Positions 54,614-64,000 of a DNA stretch of 64,000 bases are shown here, piece after piece. Source of the DNA: Histomonas meleagridis 2922-C6/04-290x. Lineage: Eukaryota; Protista; Parabasalia. The DNA is taken from positions 64,150-128,149 of the forward strand of contig JAANOX010000022.1 of assembly GCA_020184695.1 (NCBI GenBank), written 5' to 3'. The notes beneath the pieces were generated by a model. That model did no database searches and had not been told where the DNA came from. It saw only the letters and a program-made list of their open reading frames with translations. Each line of letters starts with the position of its first letter. Positions within the stretch are counted from its first letter, which is position 1. A program made the translations under genes and the position numbers.

Positions 54614-55922
54614 TAAAACATTCATGGAACTGTTCATTTTAATGAAAATCTTTTGAATGTGATCTCTTTTTCGATTTGTTTTTACTTGTTAATGATCACT
54701 TTTGCAAATATGTATTATAAGTAATCCAAGATTGAAAATCTTTTTTGCAAATTTTATTCGATCTTATTTTGAATGCATCAACTATTATATTTCATTTTAA
54801 TATAAATTTTTATAGCATGAGATATTTTCAGTTATTTTAACTTATGAATGTCTTGTTTAGAATAATACACTTCTTTCTTTTAGCATTTTTATGAACAAGA
54901 AAAGTGGCAATTGTACCAAGTCTAATGATTGTTGAAGAATAAAAACAAAATTAATATATCAATTTATGTTTTAAATAAAGCTATTGAGGAAAATTACATT
55001 TCAAAACGAATTATATATCATAAATGTATTTTGTTATCAGATATTCATATAAAATAAAGAGTATAAATTCGTATTATAAATTTTTTTTTATAAATATGGA
55101 TATTTATAGTAAAGTAAAACCCATAACATTTTGTTTCCTTAATTATTATAAATTATAAAATCAGCAAGAAAAAATCACTAAAAAAGAGGAAAAAATTCAA
55201 AAAGGAGCAGGGAGAAGAAAAGAGAAAAGAAAAAGAAAGGAAAAAAGAAAACTTTGTAATTAAAAATTATTTTGAAACTAAAAATAGTATTAATGAGCAC
55301 ATTTTATTTCCATATTTACTAATAATGATAGCAAGTATTAATTCTTTATTTTTATTTTACATATTATAACTATAGATATTTGTAGAAAAAGTAAATCAAT
55401 AACCTCAAGCCAACGATATCGTCAACGATTCAATTAATATTAAATTTATGAAGTAAAAATGTCATTCCATTTTTCATTTGAAAAAAATTCGGAAAAAAAG
55501 AAAAAAGAAGATAAAAAAGAAAAAAAAAACTTTGTAATTGTTATTACAAACAAAAAAACAAATAAAAACATGAGGTGAGCTGGTTGTTATGATTTACTTA
55601 TAAAATTTCCGATTTGTAATTATCATGAGAATATACTTAAATTCAATAGTCAAAAACTGTTATTCCATTTAAAAAAAATTATCGTTATATAGAAAGTTTT
55701 GTATCGTTTGTCCCAAGATTTCCGAGAATATGCACTTATATATCAAAAATATCTTATATATGACAATCATATGAATATGCTACCAATATATCATAAATAT
55801 TTTGAGTTAATTCATATTTTCTCTAAATTTGGAAAGATTTTGGAAAAAAAAAGATTATCGGGATTAATTCTTTCTTTATCGAATCTTTAAAGACAGTCCT
55901 TATGAAAAATTAGTAAATAATG

Positions 55923-57126
55923 TTACAAATTTTTTTCCCCTAATGTAAGTGCTGTATAAAATAATTTAAATAATTTCCAAATATTATTTTGAAATCCAAA
56001 TCTATTAAAAGAAAAATTAAATAAAACAAATAAATATCTTTAGCATTAATATCAATTCCTTCTTGTTCAAGAAGTAATTTAACTATTTCTGAATGACCAT
56101 TTTCAGATGCTATAATAAGTGCTGTTCTAAATAATTTAAATAATTTCCAAATATTATTTTGAAATATCAAATTATGAAAATAAATATTATCTTTAGCATT
56201 AATATCAATTCCTTTTTGTTCAAGAAGTAATTTAACTATTTCTGTATGACCATTCCAAGATGCCCAAGTAAGTGCTGTCCAAAATATTTTAAATAATTTC
56301 CAAATATTATTTTGAAACATTAAATTATTAAAATAAATATAAAATAAAACAAATAAATATTTTTAGCATTAATATCAATTCCTTTTTGCTTTAAAATGTA
56401 TATAACAAGTTCAATATTTGAAAATGAAGCAAAAACTAAAATATTTCCTGGAAGTTGATTATTTTTATGAAAATATTATACAAGAAAAATATTTCCAATT
56501 TTTGCTGCTTCATTAATGATATTTTCATTAATTTTCATTCCTTCTTTTTCGAAATATGAAAAAATTTCATAATTAAAATATGAAACGCATTTTTCTCCTA
56601 ATTTTTTTGATTGATTAATATCTTCAATTTTATTTTCATAAAGATAATGAAAGATATCATTTCGATGAAATTGAATTGCTGTTTTATATGCATCTTTAAA
56701 TGATGAATGATTTTGTTCACACAAATGAATGATTTCTTCATTTCCTCCTGCAACTGCATATTTACCTGCTGACTTTACATTTGCACCATTCATAAGTAAA
56801 TATTTAAAACATTTAACTGAAGAAAAAAATGCTGCGTAATCAATTAATCTAACATTTTCTGTATTAATATATGAACATCTTTCATAAATTGATTTTGGAA
56901 TTATTTGATTAAAATCGAATTCATTTTGTGACGATATTTCTTGAAGTTTTCCTATTTCATCATTTCGTATTATTTTTGCAATTTCATTTGGATTATGTCC
57001 TTCTTTAATTAATTTCTTATGAAGCTCCCAATCATTCTTTGATAATTCGTCATATTTCTTCATGAAATTATTCCACATTATTTTTAAATTATTAGAAGGA
57101 TATTTGTATTTTTTAAAATTTTGCAT
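55923..57126 (-). pseudogene. DUF3447-ankyrin gene with an in-frame TAA and spacer-interrupted ankyrin repeats
   Basis: IAKIIRND...LIDYAAFFSSVKCFKYLL...AVAGGNEEIIHL (DUF3447-type). After the TAA at 56476-56478 the same frame continues to QKGIDINAKN, then ankyrin blocks separated by 80-, 63- and 80-nt spacers, ending TALTLGEKNL*. Confidence 0.8.
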
Positions 57127-57440
57127 ATGGTACTCATAAGTTGGCTTGCTTCTGCCTGTTGAATAAGATGGATAAGGCGTTTTTCTGGGAGTTTTTCATT
57201 CATTGACGATGGTGTTGAGATTATTAATTGTTGTGAATCGATTGTGGATAATGTGCGCTGTAGTGAAGCTTCCAGCTCTGGTTGTGGATTAGAACAAGTT
57301 GGAGATGCTGATTCAATGAGTATTGTGGTAAGTTGGTCGAAATCGCCTGCAAGGATATCATTTACCTTGTTTCTTCAGAAGAACTTTCTAAGGAGTTCAA
57401 TCTTTCGAAAGATTTTAGCAATTGCTGAATTCAAATGATT
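57127..57440 (-). pseudogene. Fragment of an unrelated gene (possibly CTLH/WDR26-like) abutting the DUF3447 gene
   Basis: GC-richer frame ILAGDFDQLTTIL...LPEKRLIHLIQQAEASQ with an internal TGA; different frame from the DUF3447 ORF. Confidence 0.35.
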
Positions 57441-57576
57441 CAAAAATACAGCACAAATGCTAAATTTTTAATCTTTGGTAATTTTAAGTGAGATTTTATT
57501 ATCAAATTTTTGATATGAAAAATTAAAATTTCAAATGTTAAAAAATAAAAATTTATTAGAGTAAAGTGAAGGTCAA

Positions 57577-58374
57577 CTACAAACGTATTGTAGAGATGAT
57601 TTTACAGCATGTTATGAAGAATTCAATAGTCATTACAGAAAAAACTACAATACCTACAATAAATATTGTTTTGCCTTTTTCAGCTAATGGTTTCAAGACT
57701 AAAGAAGTCGCAAAATATGCCTGTGGTACATCTGTGTTATTTGAAATAGTAAACGATGAATTATGGAAATTAACAAAATCATTAATTGCGTCCATTTGTA
57801 TATTTATACCAATGTCAATGTAAACAAAATCACCAGTGATAAAAAGTGGTGCTTCTTCTGTTTTGCAATCATCTCCAATTCCAGTGATGTTTGTTATTAT
57901 AGATGAATAAGGGCATAAAACTTTATAACAATCATTTGATGTTTGCGTTTCTGATAAATCAAAACCTAGTTCATTAAATTTATGATAATCAACTGATGTA
58001 TAACTTTCTTTGCTAGTATAACTGTGCCGAACAATATTATTATCAACAATTGACAAATTAATATTATATTTAAACATGTTATGGATAATTCTAAATGAAT
58101 AAGAAGAATCACTTTGAATTAAATTAATTTTTGCTAAATCCAAAGCAAAGTTATTTGAATAATAGAGTGATTGATTAGTTTGATTAGTGATTATATACGT
58201 ATCATTATTTTCTTGTGACATAGTTAAAGGAATTGAAACCAAGGATCCAATGTTTTGATCAGTAAAATCATCACTAGACCAGAAAACAGCACCAACTATT
58301 GTAACAACTAAGGAGAAAATGCCCAATATCATAGCTTGCAAACAAGGATAACACCAGGGATCCCAGCCGCACAT
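57577..58374 (-). CDS. Hypothetical membrane protein (N- and C-terminal TM, N-glycosylated loop)
   Basis: 265-aa ORF, Cys-rich N-terminus, two hydrophobic helices, several NxS/T sites. Confidence 0.75.
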   Translation of the reverse strand: MCGWDPWCYPCLQAMILGIFSLVVTIVGAVFWSSDDFTDQNIGSLVSIPLTMSQENNDTYIITNQTNQSLYYSNNFALDLAKINLIQSDSSYSFRIIHNMFKYNINLSIVDNNIVRHSYTSKESYTSVDYHKFNELGFDLSETQTSNDCYKVLCPYSSIITNITGIGDDCKTEEAPLFITGDFVYIDIGINIQMDAINDFVNFHNSSFTISNNTDVPQAYFATSLVLKPLAEKGKTIFIVGIVVFSVMTIEFFITCCKIISTIRL

Positions 58375-58705
58375 ATTTTATGCGATAGAACTTTTTGAAA
58401 TTATAACTTTTTCAGTTTGAGGGCTTAAGCCAGAATCGAATTTTAATTCAAAATTGAATATTCGAACGAAAATATTTTTTTACAAATTCAATTTCCCACA
58501 AATTTTGGTATTATGGTAACAATATATGCTGAATTATGTGTATTACAATTTCATTATAGAAATCGATAATGCTGAGTTACAATGTATTATATTTTAAGAA
58601 ACCAAGCACTGAAAGTATAGTTTATAGATTTTTATAATGATAAATGAAATGAAGAATAGAATTAAGTAATTTATTTCCAAATATATAATAATTATTTTAT
58701 TCATT

Positions 58706-59950
58706 ATGTCGAATGATTTGATTAATGAAATAATTTCCAAATGTTCCAATAATTTGAGATATATCAACAAAGAAGAAAAACTTAACCGAACGTTAAAAGT
58801 TATTAGTAAACGGTTTTATATAAAATTGGGGAATAGCAAATTTCATCTCAGATTGTAATACATTCGCCAATAATGGAAGAAGCATATGCAACATTTTCAT
58901 CTATTAAAAAGATGGAAATGCTTTTTGTACGAGAACAAAATGATATCGGTTTTACACAATTTCATTCCGAAATAAAGGGATTTTCAAAAAGTACAAACTT
59001 TGTATCCAAATGTTTCAATAAGGACAATCAGGGATAAGCTAGATCTTCAAGACAAAGCATTTATTCCAGTATCTTTAGATTCATTTCACTCATTTCCAGA
59101 AAGCGAGGATGAAAATACAATAAAGCCAATAGCGAGGCATTCTTTCCCCATATCCCGCTTCAATTCTACTGTTAATTTACCAGTCAAAATGATAAATTAT
59201 CCAATTAAGTCAGTTCAATTTTCTTTAAAGACACAACTCGCACAGTTAGTTTCAAAAATTTCGACGCAGAAAGAAATTGGCCTTTTAGTAATATGCCATC
59301 CACAACCTTTTACCCTTTGTGCTATTTGTATTCCTCTTCGTGAATGCGAGTACCTTATAGATGTAACTGAAATTCCATCTTGTATTCAAGATATCAACCC
59401 AATTCTAGCAGATCCAAGAATTGTTAAAGTTGTTCATAATTCAGCGAAAACATGTCACTTTTTGCATTTATTTGGGGCAGGTCCCATTTTAAACGTATTC
59501 TGTATCTCACCAACTTCGTTTGAACTTGATTTAAATCCATCCCCAAAACTAGTACAGAAGACATCAGAGAAAGCTTAGATGAAAATTGGATTTCAAATGA
59601 CCCTAAAATAAAAGTCCAAGAATTGCACAAAATAAATCTGAAACGCAATTAAGAAATGAGATCAAATATTCCGAATCAAATGCAAAACCTGAATGGAGGT
59701 GTGGGCCGTTTTCACTTTCCCAGATGTATATTGCAAAACAAGAAATTCATTATTTATTATATTTGTATGACTCATTTATGTTAAAATTCAAGCGATTAAA
59801 TGATGGCGGAGCCACGCTAAAGAGAGTTTTGCTAATTTCTCACCAGAAATCATCAAATGATTGGTCAAATCTCATTTCAATAAATATCCAAATTCAATAA
59901 TTCTTTCTTCATTATTTAATCAACCTCTTCCTAATCTATCAATTGAACAA
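58706..59950 (+). pseudogene. Frameshifted Rrp6/RNase D-like 3'-5' exonuclease remnant
   Basis: Inr-TCATT-ATG at 58706; fragments RDKLDLQDKAFIP and YLIDVTE...INPILADPRIVKVVH resemble Rrp6; several frame breaks; the end coordinate is approximate. Confidence 0.5.
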
Positions 59951-60816
59951 TGGGTTTAGTTTGTACGGCTCATAACCTTAAGGTTGTCTTTTTTTCAGTT
60001 CAAAATAACAGTTTTGAGCTTGCTTGGTTATTATTGTTGAATTTTATGTACAAATATCATAAATTTATTTAGCATGTTAACATTTAAATGCATGGGGTGT
60101 AATGGAAGAAGTAATAAAAAGAATAATGATGGATTTGGATGAAATATAAGTTGTCTGGAAGCGGAAAAATGGTGTTAATCCAGTCGGACAATAACAAAAA
60201 CATTCCGAACATTGGTAATATGGAAGTGATTCAAGTTTAGTGTTAAATGGAATGCATTCATTTATTAATAAAATATTTTGTTTCGTTATATTCGCGTGTA
60301 AATATTTTATATTCATTAGGATGAGGGAAATGTGGTTCTGGATATGTAAAGAATTTTGGTTCTGTTCTGATTGCAAAATTTGCATTTGGTAAATAATAAT
60401 GTATTATACATTACTAAGTTCTTCTTCTATTATAGAAGGATCTTTTTCGCATGAAGTTTTACTTTTGTATTATGGTTCTCTGGGGTTAATGGTACTTCAG
60501 CAGTTCCTTTATCCTTTTGAAAAACATAATGATCATAAATTTATAATGTCAAGCCTTCAGTATGAAAATAAGGATTTAAGAAATTCTGTTTTTTGATTTC
60601 TTTTTTTGCACCAGTTTTGATGGGGTTAATGTTTATTTGTATGTTTTTGTTCAGATTCTTTATGAAAACCACAAAGAAATGATTTGAGAAACCGTTTAAA
60701 CCATTACTTCATTAAAAAATTCAATACAGAAAAATAAAATGGTATAAAAGAAACATATATAGTACAATATAATAAATACCAGGACTACAAATACAAAAGC
60801 AATTTCAAATGTTTTT

Positions 60817-60900
60817 ACATGGAATAATTTCATGTGATTAAAGTACATGGAATAATTTCATGTGATTAAAGTACATGGAATAATTTCATGTGATTAAAGT
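60817..60900. repeat. Three perfect copies of a 28-bp unit
   Basis: ACATGGAATAATTTCATGTGATTAAAGT x3. Confidence 0.97.
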
Positions 60901-61042
60901 ATATTATTAATGAAGTAATCAGAATTAAATTTATCCTGTTTTGATAAAACATCGATAATATAAAAATCCCAAAAATTTCAAAATATCGTAAACATATATT
61001 TTGGCTCCTCAATGTACCGTCTTGGTTTCTTTGGTACATTTT

Positions 61043-61253
61043 CACACACACAGCGCTATGTGAGCTTCGTGCTACGCACTCGCTCCCACCCGCGCTACAT
61101 AAACTAAAGGATGAACGGCTAAAATCGATTGAATTATCATAAATCGGTTGGTTTTGATTGAAAGTAATAAAATATATTTAAATTCATGATGACATTTATA
61201 TTTAAAATGTGTGAGGCATGAATCCGGCTGAGTTGTTGTTAATTCTATGTGGA
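61043..61253 (+). repeat. 210-bp dispersed repeat, copy A
   Basis: Starts with (CA)n, then GCGCTATGTGAGCTTCGTGCTACGCACTCGCTC...; nearly identical to 63636-63850. Confidence 0.97.
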
Positions 61254-61260
61254 TTTTAGT

Positions 61261-61551
61261 GTTTTGAACTCAAAAAGTATGTTTAAAATTTTGAGGGTTA
61301 AAAATAACCTAAAAGTGAACCCTCAACGAAACGGAGTAAATGAGCATTTTTTGAAGGATTTAACGCAAAAGTTGACGGTTGATATATCGGTAAGAATTTG
61401 ACGTTAATCCTCTGTCGAAAGTTGTTATTAACTGAGGTTTTGAACTTAAAAAGTACCATTAAAATTTTGATAGTTAAAAATAACCAAAAAGTGAACCCTC
61501 AACGAAACGGAGGAAATGAGCATTTTTTGAAGGATTTAACGCAAAAGTTGA
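61261..61551 (+). repeat. Two tandem ~115-bp units (61261-61374, 61437-61551)
   Basis: Shared core AAAATAACC(T/A)AAAAGTGAACCCTCAACGAAACGGAG(T/G)AAATGAGCATTTTTTGAAGGATTTAACGCAAAAGTTGA. Confidence 0.95.
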
Positions 61552-61573
61552 ATGACAAAAAAATAAATTATTT

Positions 61574-62136
61574 TTAAATAAAGCCATAAAGTTTTTTGAA
61601 TTTTGAATAAAAAATCTTGAATCTCACACCATTGACATCTATACAATACACTAAAGCAGAACCGCGCTTATTATAGCAAACATTTAATTTTCTGAATTTA
61701 ATACCGTTCCAAAAGTAAAACGCATCTGTCTCAACATCATAATAATAATCTTCTAATTGATGATTACCGTACTCATTAACTTCAATTGAATCCTCATTGA
61801 TTTCGTCGAAGAATTCAAAAGCTCTACCGTTATACGAAGAAGTATTTTTTAGATTTTCTGCATGCGATACCCAGCGGAGATTTTGAATGTGATTGTTGGA
61901 ACGGTTGTGGTCGATGTGATCGATAAATGGTTTGTTTTCTGGATTTGGAATAAATTGTAATGCAACAATACGATGTTTAAGATATAATTTTCTGTTTATT
62001 TTACATGCAATATATCCGGTAGTTTTTAATTGAAAATTTTTTTAATGACTTTTTTATCATGTTTTCTTCTGATGGCATAAGGGTATTCTGTGTTAATCTC
62101 ATAATTTCGGTTTAGAACACAAGTTTTCCAACTCAT
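61574..62136 (-). pseudogene. HNH endonuclease (HNH_3/NUMOD4-type) with a 1-nt frameshift in an A/T run
   Basis: MSWKTCVLNRNYEINTEYPYAIRRK, a shift near 62040, then GYIACKINRKLYLKHRIVALQFIPNPENKPFIDHIDHNRSNNHIQNLRWVSHAEN...FKKLYGFI*. Confidence 0.88.
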
Positions 62137-62195
62137 TATTTTATTAAAAATAAAAAAATAAATTTTTTTAAAATTAGCTTTAATTTTTAATTTTG

Positions 62196-62294
62196 TAAAA
62201 TCATCCGAAAAATGCTTATTTACTCCGATTCGTTGAGGGTTCACTTTTTGGTTATTTTTAACCCTCGAAAATTTTATGTCACTTTTTGTGTAAA
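62196..62294 (-). repeat. Inverted copy of the ~115-bp unit
   Basis: Reverse complement reads ...GAGGGTTAAAAATAACCAAAAAGTGAACCCTCAACGAATCGGAGTAAATAAGCATTTTT, matching 61261/61437. Confidence 0.93.
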
Positions 62295-62538
62295 GATCGT
62301 TGGTTCGAGATACAGCACTATTGAATTTTTTTGTGGGACCACTTTTTAATAATTTCACGTAACATTTCCGTTTTTCATTTTCACATGTCGTTTCCGAAAA
62401 ATCATTTCATATCACATGTCTTTTCATTTCATATCATATGTCAGTTGATGTCAAATTAACGTTCGTTAGTGATACGTTCACGAAAAATTAACGGACGGAG
62501 AAAATGACGGTTGATGAATTTGGGTAGGTATATAATGC

Positions 62539-62615
62539 GGTCGGGACTGATCAGGAGGTCCCTAGGGGCCCCGCCCCCGGCGGGGCCCCTAGGGACCTCC
62601 TGATCAGTCCCGACC
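62539..62615. other. Perfect GC-rich palindrome, 37-bp arms with a 3-nt loop
   Basis: GGTCGGGACTGATCAGGAGGTCCCTAGGGGCCCCGCC-CCC-GGCGGGGCCCCTAGGGACCTCCTGATCAGTCCCGACC. Confidence 0.98.
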
Positions 62616-62637
62616 TTTACTTTTCACTGGGAGGATT

Positions 62638-62700
62638 TCCGGGGTCTTCGACCCCCGGAGGTGCCCTTCGGACCCCTCCGGAGGTCTCAGACCCCTTCAA
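62638..62700. other. Cluster of short GC hairpins including C(TTCG)G
   Basis: GGGGTC-TTC-GACCCC and GGAGG...C-TTCG-G...CCTCC. Confidence 0.7.
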
Positions 62701-63073
62701 TCCCCCGAGTGTGCTCGCTCCGCCCGCAACAAAAAAATCAAAAATGATTTTTTTGTGAGCCATACAATTCGATAGAAAATTTGAATGAGCATTCAATTTT
62801 TGAGAGAACGCGAAAACTTTTTTTCATAGGGACGATAGCACTTTTTTTATGCCACTTTTCGCATAAACCTATCAAAAAAACCTGGTATAACCAGCACAAA
62901 TTGTCCCCGGTCATGTTTGACCTAACATTTATCCTATTCAATTTATCTTTGGTCAGAGGATAGTAGAAAAAAAGCGACGATTATATTGTTTGGCCGCATG
63001 GCAAACTTTATTTTTATAAACGAATGGTTAGAATATATAATTTTTAAAATGTAACATCATCACTTCACTCTTT

Positions 63074-63544
63074 ATGAATACAGATTACTATTCAGTTACA
63101 AAACTTGCAGATTTCATGAAAGAAAAAGATCCAGATGCTACAGCGGTTGCTTTATTTTTTGAACCCAAAGATGACAAACTTGGTAATTTTAACAATTTTA
63201 TAATCAAGCCAATTGGCATGATCATCAAACATAGAAATTTCCAAGATTTTTATTTTGTTCATAAAGAGTTGATCGAATTCTTCAAACAAAGAAATATCAA
63301 AGTTTCAGTACCAATAACTGATAACAAAAAGCCACCACTTACTAATAATATTCATTATTTAGAGATTCATTTAACTCTATTAGAGAGTAATTTTGGAAGA
63401 TGGTATCATGCATTTCTATATGAATCAACGAACACTGAAGTTAATAATATACTCATTTCAAATAAAATACCTGATAATAATGAATTCCAAACAGTATTTG
63501 ACATGAATTCAATCGATCCTGATAGTTTTAAAGCTCTAGTTTGA
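63074..63544 (+). CDS. Hypothetical protein (156 aa) inside the repeat-bounded region
   Basis: Intact ORF preceded by Inr-like TCACTTCACT; no recognised domain. Confidence 0.7.
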   Translation: MNTDYYSVTKLADFMKEKDPDATAVALFFEPKDDKLGNFNNFIIKPIGMIIKHRNFQDFYFVHKELIEFFKQRNIKVSVPITDNKKPPLTNNIHYLEIHLTLLESNFGRWYHAFLYESTNTEVNNILISNKIPDNNEFQTVFDMNSIDPDSFKALV

Positions 63545-63635
63545 ATAAAAAACAATAATCACTTCATTTTTTTAATGTCTGATGATGAATTTCTTTTTAC
63601 ATTTGATTTCTATGATGATTATTTCAATAATTTTA

Positions 63636-63850
63636 CACACACACACATGGCGCTATGTGAGCTTCGTGCTACGCACTCGCTCCCACCCGCGCTACATAAA
63701 CTAAAGGATGAACGGCTAAAATCGATTGAATTATCATAAATCGGTTGGTTTTGATTGAAAGTAATAAAATATATTTAAATTCATGATGACATTTATATTT
63801 AAAATGTGTGATGCATGAATCCGGCTGAGTTGTTGTTAATCCTATGTGGA
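63636..63850 (+). repeat. 210-bp dispersed repeat, copy B
   Basis: Nearly identical to 61043-61253 (longer CA run, a few substitutions), followed by the GAAAGTTGTTATTAACTGAGGTTTTGA motif also seen at 61417. Confidence 0.97.
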
Positions 63851-64000
63851 AAGTTGTTATTAACTGAGGTTTTGATGTTAATCCTATGCTACCTGATAAC
63901 TTGATATACCAGGTAGTTACCAGGTAATATTGCGATTAGCTAAAGGAAATTTAATATTGTTATGTGAGTTTCTCAAATCTTGTGAAATGACGTGAAAACC

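Larger units (their letters stand above)
61043..63875. mobile_element. Putative composite mobile or virus-derived element (HNH nuclease, inverted and direct repeats, palindrome)
   Basis: Repeats, an HNH gene and GC hairpins co-occur here and are absent from the rest of the window; boundaries uncertain; no transposase seen. Confidence 0.5.

Noticed and set aside
55720-55880. BspA-like leucine-rich-repeat remnant (LEKI*INSKYL*YIGS)
   Set aside because: Too short and degenerate to call.
55956-56360. Ankyrin spacers as ordinary GT-AG introns (GTTTTATT...ACAG)
   Set aside because: Joining that GT to the AG in ACAG leaves the next block out of frame, and several spacers (e.g. 28886) have no GT near the start.
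56476-56478. TAA reassigned or read through (in-frame TAA here and in the 29312 ankyrin block, both at the V-K position)
   Set aside because: Most intact genes in the window terminate at TAA; two cases are better explained as nonsense mutations.
59960-60700. Possible transposase or zinc-finger remnant (ORF 60077..60385 and neighbours)
   Set aside because: Fragmentary, with no diagnostic motif.
62137-62358. N-terminal part of ORF 62026..62358
   Set aside because: It is a reading of the inverted repeat; the HNH gene starts at ATG 62136.

Overview
AT-rich, gene-dense, almost intronless eukaryotic DNA from a parabasalid (trichomonad/Tritrichomonas/Histomonas-like). The assignment rests on an IBD (initiator-binding domain) gene, a DUF3447-ankyrin locus, Inr-like TCAY(T/W) motifs just before ATGs, and TAA stops that often run into TAAA. 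The window holds about 35 housekeeping or hypothetical genes (Myb, IFT81, Prp40-like, Sir2, mucolipin-like, CFAP58, SCAMP, RFC, HMG, eS19, CDK, subtilase, Ras, BLTP2/Fmp27-like, L-type lectin, FKBP-TPR, HP1-like, GH47, PROPPIN, bromodomain, Rab) and one tRNA-His. It also has a 22x53-bp minisatellite, two bacterial-type genes (Amidase_3, lumazine-binding/SnoaL) and several pseudogenes. The right end is an element-like region with an HNH endonuclease between inverted repeats, a perfect 37-bp-arm GC palindrome and 210-bp direct repeats. The most unusual signal is at three loci (28.8, 42.5, 56 kb): every ankyrin repeat is separated from the next by a homologous AT-rich 80/83-nt (once 63-nt) spacer at the same position. 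The spacers break the frame, have no usable GT-AG ends, and their removal would restore 33-aa ankyrin repeats. All family calls come from recognising motifs by eye; no database search was run.
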